From: Deltaproteobacteria bacterium | GTDB lineage: Bacteria > Myxococcota_A > Polyangia > Fen-1088 | DNA length: 64,000 nt | Direction of reading: 5' to 3' | NCBI GenBank assembly: GCA_033763315.1 | Contig: JANRKS010000007.1 | Span: forward strand, 160,001-224,000 | In this document: piece after piece, positions 19,571 to 28,530 of the stretch | Layout of the letters: each line of letters begins with the position of its first letter | How positions within the stretch are numbered: the first letter of the stretch is position 1 | Program-made: the position numbers and the translations under genes | The notes under the pieces: model-generated | The model's database searches: none | What the model was told of the DNA's origin: nothing | What the model saw: only the letters and a program-made list of their open reading frames with translations

Positions 19571-19657
19571 CGCATCGACAGCAACGGCATCCTGCGCTTC
19601 GACATGATCAACGGCTTGGGCGAAACCGTGTACAGCTTGCAACTGGCTCCGCCATAA
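19571..19657 (+). pseudogene. Orphan C-terminal gene remnant (resembles the end of a PhoD/metallophosphatase-type protein)
   Basis: RIDSNGILRFDMINGLGETVYSLQLAPP* with coding-like codon usage right after the IS break. The family call is weak. Confidence 0.35.
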
Positions 19658-19686
19658 TTTCGGTGGGTAGAGCTGCGGACAGGGGT

Positions 19687-20028
19687 TCATGCCGTGACGA
19701 ACTCCCACGCGTGGAACAGCTTGGCTTCCTCCTTCGGCGAGAACGCCAAGAGCGGCGAGGCTTCGTGGTACGCGCTAAATCGAGCCGCGGCGCTGTTCGG
19801 ATCGAGCTGCCAATCCGCGCGATACTCTTTGCTGCCGCGGAGTAAACGCTCGAAGCGCAGTCGCGCCACAAGTAGTGCACTCATGCGCAACCCATCTGTG
19901 TTTATGGCGGCCAAAGCCGCGCGTAGCGGATGCTGGTCGTCCAACGCCTTGATCGCCGATGCAAGCGCGCCCTGCGGATCGCGCGCTCTCAGCACATGTA
20001 CAAGGATGTTTTCGTAGTCATCCATCAT
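19687..20028 (-). CDS. Small DUF692-associated partner protein (HvfC/DUF2063/SCO6045-like by position and motif)
   Basis: 12 bp downstream of DUF692. Helical, with an F-x-x-Y-x4-P...E-A-x-x-F-x-x-W ending reminiscent of MNIO partner proteins. Confidence 0.7.
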   Translation of the reverse strand: MMDDYENILVHVLRARDPQGALASAIKALDDQHPLRAALAAINTDGLRMSALLVARLRFERLLRGSKEYRADWQLDPNSAAARFSAYHEASPLLAFSPKEEAKLFHAWEFVTA

Positions 20029-20040
20029 AGATGGCTTCCT

Positions 20041-20928
20041 TCATGCCGCTTGCTTCACCACACACGATCGCAGGCGCCGCATTTCTTCTCGAAGCAGGCC
20101 CACGTCAGAGTCCGCGATGGTGCCCTCCATGCGTTCCAAAACGATCGCGCGCAAATGCGAGCATCGAGGCAATGCGACGTCGAGCAAACGCCACACCTCA
20201 GGCGGAATAGGGCCATCGTGGCCATCCAAACGCAGGCTGCGGCCGCCAGGCAGCCAACGTGGATCAGAATCAGTGCCGCCGGCCATATGGATTTCGATCA
20301 CTTGGTCAAGCGGCAGTGCTGCAAGGTACTCCTCTGCATCAAACCCAAGATTGCTGGCCATCGCGAACACATTCGCCAAATCCAACAACAGCCGCCGACT
20401 TGGGTTCTGCAGAACGCTGCGAATGAATGCCGGCTCATCCAACGGGTTGCCGCACACAAAATGCGATGCTGGGTTTTCGATGCCCACCACGGGCACAACT
20501 GTACTCATCTCATCAAGGCGCAAGCGAACGCATTCCGCTGCTTCCGCCGTCATAGGCAACGGCAACGGAAGCGCCGTATTCTGGCCTGCAGGCGCCGTAA
20601 TGCCCAGATGATCTGTGTACCAAAGAAACTGGAACAGGGCCTGATCACGGGCCATTGCAGCTCTCCACTGTGCGCGGCGATACACCTCCGCAGCGCTGCC
20701 ACCTCCGCCAACCGAATAGCCAACACCGTGGGCAAGAAACCTCTGCCCACTGCGCCTTCCCATGCTTAAGAACAAGGCATGATAGTCGTTCGTATGCAGT
20801 CGCCCTTCTACTTGCTGCCACAACGTTTCGGGTGCCACTTCAAAGATATCGGGCTCTTCTTCGAGGAAGGCCCCCAAGATGTCTAGCGTCGCTTCATCGG
20901 GTGGCAACACGAAGCCTACCGGGATCAT
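20041..20928 (-). CDS. DUF692 family multinuclear non-heme iron oxidative enzyme (MbnB/TglH/ChrH family)
   Basis: FEVAPE, HGVGYSVG, TDHLG, GIEN, LLLDLANV, EIHMAGG, DGH...PPEVW, VLER: the expected iron-ligand motifs in order. Confidence 0.92.
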   Translation of the reverse strand: MIPVGFVLPPDEATLDILGAFLEEEPDIFEVAPETLWQQVEGRLHTNDYHALFLSMGRRSGQRFLAHGVGYSVGGGGSAAEVYRRAQWRAAMARDQALFQFLWYTDHLGITAPAGQNTALPLPLPMTAEAAECVRLRLDEMSTVVPVVGIENPASHFVCGNPLDEPAFIRSVLQNPSRRLLLDLANVFAMASNLGFDAEEYLAALPLDQVIEIHMAGGTDSDPRWLPGGRSLRLDGHDGPIPPEVWRLLDVALPRCSHLRAIVLERMEGTIADSDVGLLREEMRRLRSCVVKQAA

Positions 20929-21737
20929 TGGTGTCCCTCCGGCTCGAGTCTTACGTTGAACGGAGCCAGCGGCCGGCCTGCGAAGAGCACGTTGTTATCT
21001 GCTGTGAAAACCAAACTTTCGGCTGAGCCCGTTTGCACAACACAACCGGCTTGATCAATAACCTCCACATTTCCGCTGGCATCAAGGCGGACGATGTTAT
21101 TGCCTTGCATGTGCAGGCCTACCCAAGCCGTAAGCTGTCGCGCCCGCTCGGAGGATGGTTCCTGCACCGGCTGAACCTCGCTGCTCACCGGCAAAGCAGG
21201 TTCTGCTTTCGAAAGCTCGACGAGAGCGAACGCAACATCCGCATTCTCAGGCAGCGCTGCCCATGCGCTCCGCATTAGCATCTGGGGCCCCTCAAGCTGA
21301 ACCGCATTGCCGAACCCCAGCGGCATCACGTGGCTGGCTGATAGTGCTTTCGCGAGTTCGGTCAACACCGCCGGCTGCGCGTCAACGAGGATGGCGTCGC
21401 TGCGAACGTCTTGGTCAATGACGAACCGCTGCAATGACAAAGCGGCCTCCTCTGCAGACGACGACGGTGCGTGCCAGGATGCTTTCCACACAACGCCACC
21501 TTGACCCCACAGGCGCTCGCGTTTTCCGTTAATCCTTGTTTCCACGGTGTCTTCGATCGGATCAAATTCCACCAGTAACCCCGACGTCACGGGCATCTGG
21601 TTTACCCATAAGGCTTCAGCTTTCCGCGTGGCCTCGTCCACGAGCACGTAGCTCGAGCCATGCATGGCAGCGTCGCCGCACCCAACGTGCAAAAGCAGCG
21701 CTGCGATCACCGGCAGGCAAACAATGTTCCTATTCAT
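20925..21737 (-). CDS. Hypothetical lipoprotein in the DUF692 operon
   Basis: MNRNIVCLPVIAALLLHVGC lipobox. Its stop overlaps the DUF692 start (ATGA), and its start overlaps the upstream stop. Confidence 0.75.
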   Translation of the reverse strand: MNRNIVCLPVIAALLLHVGCGDAAMHGSSYVLVDEATRKAEALWVNQMPVTSGLLVEFDPIEDTVETRINGKRERLWGQGGVVWKASWHAPSSSAEEAALSLQRFVIDQDVRSDAILVDAQPAVLTELAKALSASHVMPLGFGNAVQLEGPQMLMRSAWAALPENADVAFALVELSKAEPALPVSSEVQPVQEPSSERARQLTAWVGLHMQGNNIVRLDASGNVEVIDQAGCVVQTGSAESLVFTADNNVLFAGRPLAPFNVRLEPEGHQ

Positions 21738-22767
21738 TCGTTCCCCTTTCGTCCTGGGAGTCAAATGTTAAGAAATCGAGGATGCGCCGGCTGCGGGCTG
21801 GCACGTGGCCCATGCCGCAGGCGAACCCAAACATCGAATCATCCTTTTCACCAGGCAGCCATTCGATGTCCAAGCCACACCCGTTTGCTTGAGCCCAACG
21901 GCTTCCCGCAATACGGCGGTGGCAGAGCGCCATGCGCGAGGCCTCCGCCACGAGATGCGTCAGCCTGCCGCGTTCACTGCCCTGCGCGGCATAACTTTGT
22001 GCAAGCAGCGACGCGGCTGCCGCTAGAACCACATCGGCAAGCTGTGGGTTGGTTGCAACTTCGTTGGCTGTGATCGCCTGCGCCTTGAGAAACGTGTTCG
22101 CTCCGTTGTGGGTGCCCAGCTTGTTTCTTGCCTGATCCGCGCGCACCAGAAGCGCATCTTTGGATGGAGTCAAGCCTTTGTTCAGCAACTCTGTCAGTAA
22201 GCGAATTCGCAAAGAGATGAGCTCATCTTGTTTACGCTCCCGACGTGCGAATGCCGGGGCCCAGTCCTTCTCTGAACTATCACCTTCCAGCTCCACATCG
22301 TATGGGTCTGGTAAGGTGACATCAAGGTTTGTGGTGCGGGCAGGCAAGGCTTCAGTTTCGATGAGCACCATCAACGGATCGTTCGACGATGGCGGTGTTT
22401 GTGGTGCCAATCTGTTGATCGCGAACATCGGAGCACAAACAACCTCGCACAAACCGAGCAAGGCCAACGCTTCATCCCCGCCGTGGTTCAGCAACTCGCC
22501 GAACGCGTGAGCGCGCCCCCAATCGTGTTCTTTCGCAACGAAAACCAGCAGCGGCTTTCCCACTGCGGCTGCGCGTGCAAAGGCGGCTGAAAGAAGCTGG
22601 TCCCAACGCAGTGCTTGCATAAATGCCCGCGCTGGCTTTGCCTTGCCGCCAGGGCAGGCCTCATCAGCAAACGCTGCTCGAATCCAAATCGGAATCGCCA
22701 GCGCCGCCGCCGACTTAACAAACGCGCGGCGTGCAGCATGCCTTCCAAGTCGCTCCCTAGCCTTCAT
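21730..22767 (-). CDS. Tat-exported hypothetical protein with C-terminal GCG...CGMGH motif
   Basis: ARRAFVK twin-arginine motif, AFA cleavage site, GGAGGT RBS upstream, thioredoxin-like AFARAAAVGKPLLVFV segment without CxxC. Confidence 0.8.
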   Translation of the reverse strand: MKARERLGRHAARRAFVKSAAALAIPIWIRAAFADEACPGGKAKPARAFMQALRWDQLLSAAFARAAAVGKPLLVFVAKEHDWGRAHAFGELLNHGGDEALALLGLCEVVCAPMFAINRLAPQTPPSSNDPLMVLIETEALPARTTNLDVTLPDPYDVELEGDSSEKDWAPAFARRERKQDELISLRIRLLTELLNKGLTPSKDALLVRADQARNKLGTHNGANTFLKAQAITANEVATNPQLADVVLAAAASLLAQSYAAQGSERGRLTHLVAEASRMALCHRRIAGSRWAQANGCGLDIEWLPGEKDDSMFGFACGMGHVPARSRRILDFLTFDSQDERGTNE

Positions 22768-22944
22768 AGTGACCTCCGGTGAACGGGCCTACAATAGTGA
22801 AGAGACAACCGTTCGACCCTTCGGTTTCACTAGAAGGTCAAAATATGAGGAGCTACGATGGGCCTTTAATCGCTGGTGGCGGCCTCGTCAGTGGCAGTGC
22901 TGTTCGCACGCGATGGATATGGAGGGGTGCTGGAGGCACGGCGC

Positions 22945-23042
22945 CGGCAGGGTGAAATGAAATCCGTCCCAAGACCGACGGTATCAATTGAAACGAGTGC
23001 ATCGCGCGCCCAGGTCGGCGACGTTCAGAACCCGCGCCGTTC
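22945..23042 (+). repeat. Degenerate ~100-bp direct repeat, copy 2
   Basis: cggcagggtgaaatgaaatccgtcccaagaccgacggt...gcatcgcgcgcccaggtcggcgacgttcagaacccgcgccgttc matches 14765-14864. Confidence 0.85.
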
Positions 23043-23321
23043 GATCGGCGCAACTGAAGCTCGCCAAACCTTGCCACCCGGCCTTGCTTTGGCCCGAGCC
23101 CTCTGATCGCATGACGTACACCGAACTTCTATGGACATGCTGTTTCTGGTGCCTCTCTCGACCAGGAACTCGTCTTCGCCGCAGCGCAAGCAATCCTCAA
23201 GCTCATGATGTTGCTCCAGCTGCTCCCCAAGGGCTCGCCAGGGCGCGATGCCGGCACGAAGCGATCTTTGACGTCCCACGGGGATCGCGCCGATCCCATT
23301 TTGGGCTTGTAAGTGCGGCAA
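23025..23321 (-). CDS. Possible small zinc-ribbon protein (start uncertain)
   Basis: CLRC-x20-CTSC spacing typical of Zn ribbons. The stop lies inside repeat copy 2. Confidence 0.35.
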   Translation of the reverse strand: MPHLQAQNGIGAIPVGRQRSLRAGIAPWRALGEQLEQHHELEDCLRCGEDEFLVERGTRNSMSIEVRCTSCDQRARAKARPGGKVWRASVAPIERRGF

Positions 23322-23354
23322 TTGGGCCGTGCGCTTGTAGGCATGGCCAATGCA

Positions 23355-24029
23355 ATGAAAAGCAGCATGAAACGCATCGAAGCTCTTTTAATCGCCCTGT
23401 TATCATTCCCCTTGGTGGCTGCGGACGGCGGAGGCGGTTGCGGCGAGCATCAACCTGGAAATGGCGACTCAAGGACGTGGACCACCGGTGTGCTTCCGCA
23501 GGCGGAAGGCACGCCGCAACCAATGTCAGCACCGTGGCTCAGTGGACCCAATTGCTGGAAGGATTTAGTGGCTGCGGCTCAAGCTTGTCTGCGCACCCCG
23601 CAGGCCTTCGGCGCTTTTGATGAGCGTCGCCAAACATGCAGTCTTTCTGGCGGTGGTCGACTGGAATTGGCAGGGCCGATCTCGACGCCCGCCGAGGATT
23701 CTAGAATCTATGTCGCGACCGATTGGCGCCTGTGGGGACCGCACGGGCGTGTATGTGTCACGGGAAAGCTATTGGCGGCCAATCGTTCGGTGGTAGACGT
23801 CGAGGGAAAGTCCGCGTTGTTTGAAAGTTCCACACTGACGGCGTACGGTGTGACGTGCCCGGACGGACGTACGTTCCGAAATGACATCGACGGAGTGGAT
23901 CCCACTTTCGGCGCGTTGTGGCTTGCTGGAAGGGCACCAGGGGTGGTGTTCGAGTGCAAAGGCAAGACCTGTACGATGAGTCTAAAGGGCGGCGCGGCAG
24001 GGGATACGCCCATCGCCTCGTGCCAATGA
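23355..24029 (+). CDS. Secreted Cys-containing hypothetical protein
   Basis: Hydrophobic signal followed by ADGGGGC; several paired Cys. Confidence 0.7.
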   Translation: MKSSMKRIEALLIALLSFPLVAADGGGGCGEHQPGNGDSRTWTTGVLPQAEGTPQPMSAPWLSGPNCWKDLVAAAQACLRTPQAFGAFDERRQTCSLSGGGRLELAGPISTPAEDSRIYVATDWRLWGPHGRVCVTGKLLAANRSVVDVEGKSALFESSTLTAYGVTCPDGRTFRNDIDGVDPTFGALWLAGRAPGVVFECKGKTCTMSLKGGAAGDTPIASCQ

Positions 24030-24280
24030 GGGGCGGCCCCGGCCGCTTGTTGCGGGTCTTGCATCATTTGATTGTTGCGGTGGTTGCAGGCGCGACGGAG
24101 ATGGACTGCGCATCACAACTGCCAAATGGGCCACGAGCGTCGCATTTGCCAATCTGCCAAGCATGATTCGCCATTGATGATAGCAGCGCGACGCAGGCGT
24201 ATTTTTTGTGCTCACTATCTGGTCAGAACTGACTAGGCAAACGCACGGGCTTAGCAACGGCCCCTGCTAACATTATTTGG

Positions 24281-25348
24281 GTGCCACACGCAGTTCCCCG
24301 CGCACTTGTTCACTTCCACATATACCTTGCGTTCTTGGTTGCTTGCTCGTCAGGACCCAACGAACAAAGCGAGGATCATCCAATAGACGACGCGTCCGAC
24401 GACAACGGCGGGTCGATGGCTTCAGCCGGGGGCGCGGCCGGCCCACGGAACAGCGCTGGGGTTTCGGGGCAAGAGGGTGGAGACGGTGGGCACGCTGCAA
24501 GTGGTGGCGCTGCTGGTGCCAGTGGGATCATCGGAACGGGCGGCAACCCAGGCTCAGGGGGAGCAACCGCCAACACGGGCGGCCTGGCCGGGGGCTCAAC
24601 ACAAGCCCCCTGGCTAACGTTGCCGGCGCGAAGCGTGGGTTGTGGAAAGGCTGCCAAGGGCACCGGATCCTATGTGCGCCAAGATATGCAAGTCGCGGCT
24701 AAGGCCCGGGCAAACTTTCTTTGGCTTCCCTTAAATTACGACCCCACCAAAGCGCATGAGCTTCTAATTTCACTACATGGGACGGGCGGCGTGGCGCCGG
24801 GCGATGGCAAAGGGATCGAAACTGCGGCGGGCAACGAAGCCATCATCATGACACCGCAAGGTATTGATGGGATGTGGCAGCTGGGCGCTGACGGAGAAGA
24901 CGTTGCGTTCTTTGATGCAATGTATGCTTTTGCAACCGAGAACTTCTGCGTGAATCAGCAGCGTGTGTTTGTTACAGGCTTTAGCCTGGGTGCAGCGATG
25001 TCGAATTTGTTGGGCTGTGTTCGCGGCGACAAAATTCGCGGCATTGGTCCCCTTGCGGGATGGCAACCTGCACGACAAACGGATTGCCGTGGGCGGCCCG
25101 CCGCATGGTTTGCGCATGGAACGTCGGATGGCGCCGTTCCCATCGTTCAAGGAACGCGTTCCCTCGGTTTGCAGATGGTCCGCAACGGATGTGAAGCGGC
25201 CACCGCGCCAACGCCGCCGTCGCCTTGTGTTGCTCAACAGGGCTGCGATACGGGATCACCTGTTGTGTGGTGTGAAATTCCCGGAGATCACGGCACCCCT
25301 ATTGAATGGTCGGTGCCCGCGCTGTGGAAATTTTTCGCCGCCCTATAG
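24281..25348 (+). CDS. Lipoprotein esterase (PHB-depolymerase/feruloyl esterase, LpqP-like alpha/beta hydrolase)
   Basis: LVAC lipobox, Gly-rich linker, SVGCGK, LHG, TGFSLGA nucleophile elbow, HGTSD, GDH. Confidence 0.88.
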   Translation: MPHAVPRALVHFHIYLAFLVACSSGPNEQSEDHPIDDASDDNGGSMASAGGAAGPRNSAGVSGQEGGDGGHAASGGAAGASGIIGTGGNPGSGGATANTGGLAGGSTQAPWLTLPARSVGCGKAAKGTGSYVRQDMQVAAKARANFLWLPLNYDPTKAHELLISLHGTGGVAPGDGKGIETAAGNEAIIMTPQGIDGMWQLGADGEDVAFFDAMYAFATENFCVNQQRVFVTGFSLGAAMSNLLGCVRGDKIRGIGPLAGWQPARQTDCRGRPAAWFAHGTSDGAVPIVQGTRSLGLQMVRNGCEAATAPTPPSPCVAQQGCDTGSPVVWCEIPGDHGTPIEWSVPALWKFFAAL

Positions 25349-25932
25349 CGATCCATGCGGAAGCGACGCTATGTTGAAGGTTTTCGTTTCAGAGCAAACC
25401 ACCTGCCCGTCCTTATGGAGCTTCACCGTGGTGCCATCGTGGCGATCAAGGCGAGCAACCAAAGTGCAAAGGTGTTGCGCTGCATGAGGAAACCGCAGTG
25501 TTGGGCGTAGGTCGCTTCGCCATAGTGAAGTGGCCGCCGATCATGGGCTGCGTCCACCGCAGCCTCGTACTCATCCACGATTTGTGCGGTTCGCGCGAGG
25601 GTGCATGTGATCAGCAACGCACGCCCGCCTTAGGCGGTGACCACCACAGTGAAGCCCTTTCGGCAGCGGGGCCAGGCACTTATTTCGTTGGCTCCCCCGA
25701 CTTTCGTGCCGAGTTGCGCCGCAGGTTCGCCGGGATCCGCAACCTTCCTATGTCGTGACAGGCAACGCTGCCGTGCCTGGCACCAGGTTGTTTCAACTTG
25801 GCAAGCCTTGGGAACATCAGGGGAAGATCCAAAAACGTCTCCGTTCTTGTCGCTGTGGTCAAAAGCGCCGAATCGCGCCGCATGTGATTAGGCAGCGTGG
25901 TTGCGGCACCGGTCGGAACGGAAGGAGACAAC

Positions 25933-28293
25933 ATGGTACTTGCGAGGTTGAAGGCTTTAGCGAAGGTTGTTTCGCTGGCGGCGTTGCTATCCCCCATAGG
26001 TTGCGGGGACCAGCCGAGGCAAACGCCCGGCCAACCCGGCGAAACAGCTGCGTTGGCGTTGGCTCTGACGTTGCCGGACGGCAGCGACATTGCAAACGTG
26101 CAATACAATATTGTGGGTGGGCTTTTGCCATCGCCCATTTCAAACACGATTCCTGTGCCACAATCGAACTCGAAGATCACCGCCCTTGTTTCGGTGCCTG
26201 CAGGGAGCAACTACCTTTTGGCTCTGTTCGCGCGGTCAAACACTGGAACGACGTGTGAAGCGGAGGCAAATTTCAACATCGTCGCGGGCCAAACCACCAA
26301 CGTGGGTGTGGTGCTGGCGTGCCACGAAGGCCCTCGAAATGGAACGCTGGTGATCAACGGGCAACTTGATCAATGTCCTGTTATCTCGTCGTTGTCGGCG
26401 CAACCCATCTCAGCCGCTGTTGGTGAAAATGTATTCTTGAATTCAACTGCCTCAGACGCTGATGGCGATGCGTTGACGTACGCGTGGACGGCCATCGGTG
26501 GCACCCTTGCCAACCCAAGCGCCGCCGACACAACATTCACCTGCACATCGGCTGGAATGGCACAAGTTGCACTTACCGTCAGCGACGGCCGTCCCGCTTG
26601 CAACAAGCGTGAATCGTTTGCGATTGATTGTGTTTCAGGGGGCGTGGCCATCACAGCGCCTTCTTTTGCAGTGCTGTCCTCAGGCGTAACAGCCGCAGAA
26701 GCTGCGTTGCTAAAGGCGGCATTCAACTTGCCAGACCTCGCGGTAGACCAAAATGGCGTAGCGCGCTTTGCTGATGAAAACACATTCCTAGCTGTTCCAA
26801 CTCAGCCGTTCGCACAGTTGCCGACCAACGATCCACCCAACGAAGAAGGGCAACCGCCCCTGTATGAAGCCTTCAATTTTGAAGAAATCAAGAAGATCCA
26901 AGTGATCGAGCCGAGAGCCGCTGAGCAACTTGCAGCCAGGGCGCTGCTTTCATCTGACCTTTTGCCAGCAGGCGCGTTTCCGGTGTCGCAGCACACTCGG
27001 TTTGAAGCTGTTAGCAAAGACGGCGTGGTCTTGACAAGCCAGCCTATCGACACATCTGTCTCCTACGGATTCTTGTTGGGGAACTACAGCTTGGAAGGCC
27101 CAGGCGCGAAGATCCGCGTGGCATACGACGGCAGCGGAAAAGTCACGCAGTTCATCTTCTCGTCACGCAAACTTGCTCCTGGCCCTGAGGTTGCTGTTCT
27201 CAACAACGCTGACGCCGCAAAACGCTGTCTGGCATGGACAACACAACCGGGTACGGGAGAAGGCCGCGTGGCCAAAGCTTCGTTGGCCTATTTTGCGCCA
27301 CCACTTTCCGAGAAGGTTCAACAAATTGAGCCCAGTTTTCGGTGCGAGATTCGCGAGCGCAATGGTGCGGTTGGCCAGGTGTACTTCGTGCCGGCAAGCG
27401 TTTCCGCACGACCGCCTGTTTTCAATTTGCCGCAAGACCCGCGGCTGGGCGGCCCTAGCATGATGCCTACGCCAGCCGCGGCACGTCCCGTGGCCACGCG
27501 CGCCTTCGATCTTGCAAAAGATCAACCAAACAGGAGCCTTCTGTTTAGCCAGGCCACAACACCGTCGCCATCGCTCTCGGTCAGCAGGATTGATGTGGGT
27601 AGCGAAGGCACGGGCGTGTGCTCGGGCTTGCCGAACACCGTGGCGAACGTCCAAGGCTTTAATGCACGAATGGGGCTCGCCGGCGTGCCCACGCAGTTCA
27701 CATGGTTTGACAACAACGCATGGGAGGACGATTGGAAAGACCCATCGAAGGGCGGCAACGATTCAACGTGGGTCGACGATGTCGACATGACGTACTGGCA
27801 AGGCCACGGATGGCCCGATGGCTTCTCGTTTAGTGGCTGCAGCTCAAATGACGACAGCAGCTTGACGTACAACGACGCTGTTTGGGGCAACAAGGATGCC
27901 GAATGGATGTCGCTGTTCACATGCTTGGTGTTGAACACCGGCACTCCCGGCAACTACTGGTACCAGCGGTGGGGCCGCGCCTTCCACGGCTTGCACCAAA
28001 TCAACAGCTTCGAAACCGTGTCGTACCATAGCTCGCAACATGGCCAGATCTACGCTGGTTATCTGACTGGTGTTCCTTGGTTCTGGTGGATCAATCCAAT
28101 GAAGGTTCGTGTTGCTTGGGCGCAGGCGTCTATTGACGACCAACCCGCCTCGGTGATTTGGGCAACCATGGGACCCATCAGCAACGGCTCGTGGATGAAC
28201 TTCAACGACCACTTCTGGGGCAAAGGTGCGGTTGGGCCTGACATTCCCGCGAATCAGATCGCCGGGTACTGGCGAATCTTCGGCGGCTCGTAG
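25933..28293 (+). CDS. Lipoprotein with PKD/Ig-like domain and C-terminal DUF6345 (caspase/gingipain-like) domain
   Basis: AAGGAG RBS, PIGC lipobox, SDADGDALTYAW, DDVDMTYWQGHG...WGNKDAEWMSLFTCLVL...WGRAFHGLH. Confidence 0.8.
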   Translation: MVLARLKALAKVVSLAALLSPIGCGDQPRQTPGQPGETAALALALTLPDGSDIANVQYNIVGGLLPSPISNTIPVPQSNSKITALVSVPAGSNYLLALFARSNTGTTCEAEANFNIVAGQTTNVGVVLACHEGPRNGTLVINGQLDQCPVISSLSAQPISAAVGENVFLNSTASDADGDALTYAWTAIGGTLANPSAADTTFTCTSAGMAQVALTVSDGRPACNKRESFAIDCVSGGVAITAPSFAVLSSGVTAAEAALLKAAFNLPDLAVDQNGVARFADENTFLAVPTQPFAQLPTNDPPNEEGQPPLYEAFNFEEIKKIQVIEPRAAEQLAARALLSSDLLPAGAFPVSQHTRFEAVSKDGVVLTSQPIDTSVSYGFLLGNYSLEGPGAKIRVAYDGSGKVTQFIFSSRKLAPGPEVAVLNNADAAKRCLAWTTQPGTGEGRVAKASLAYFAPPLSEKVQQIEPSFRCEIRERNGAVGQVYFVPASVSARPPVFNLPQDPRLGGPSMMPTPAAARPVATRAFDLAKDQPNRSLLFSQATTPSPSLSVSRIDVGSEGTGVCSGLPNTVANVQGFNARMGLAGVPTQFTWFDNNAWEDDWKDPSKGGNDSTWVDDVDMTYWQGHGWPDGFSFSGCSSNDDSSLTYNDAVWGNKDAEWMSLFTCLVLNTGTPGNYWYQRWGRAFHGLHQINSFETVSYHSSQHGQIYAGYLTGVPWFWWINPMKVRVAWAQASIDDQPASVIWATMGPISNGSWMNFNDHFWGKGAVGPDIPANQIAGYWRIFGGS

Positions 28294-28300
28294 TCAATCT

Positions 28301-28332
28301 AAGGGGCTCGGCATTTTGCTGGGCCCTTTTTT
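28301..28332 (+). terminator. Rho-independent terminator
   Basis: aaggggctcggc-atttt-gctgggccct hairpin followed by a T-run, 7 bp after the stop. Confidence 0.8.
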
Positions 28333-28388
28333 GCGCGTCGCCATCGGCAAACGCCGCGGCTGTGCTCCGCCACAACGTAAGCGAACAA

Positions 28389-28530
28389 ATAGATCTGCGA
28401 GAGGTGTTGGCGAATGCCCTTCACACCAATGAACTTCTGCGCCTGTTTGCGGTTGTTCTCTTAGGGCTAGCGATTGGGCGATTTTCTGTGCGCGGCGTGC
28501 GCTTGGGTGTCGCGAGTGTGGGTGCGCTCG
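28389..28530 (+). pseudogene. N-terminal fragment of an AspT/YidE/YbjL-type transporter
   Basis: NELLRLFAVVLLGLAIGRFSVRGVRLGVASV resembles the first helices of the family; the rest is missing. Confidence 0.5.

Noticed and set aside
19264-19845. 193-aa ORF as an intact protein
   Set aside because: Only the first ~93 codons are IS66-like; the rest is read-through antisense to the DUF692 partner gene.
22770-23020. Short MNIO precursor peptide upstream of the operon
   Set aside because: No small ORF with an RBS, leader or repeated Cys core was evident; the region is mostly promoter plus repeat copy 2.
25778-25795. tggcac...ttg as a sigma-54 promoter
   Set aside because: The -24/-12 spacing is one base short and the TTGC is not conserved.
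25349-25900. Short ORFs in the long island spacers (also 28700-29090 and 30080-30520)
   Set aside because: No recognisable family or reliable start; probably decayed gene debris.
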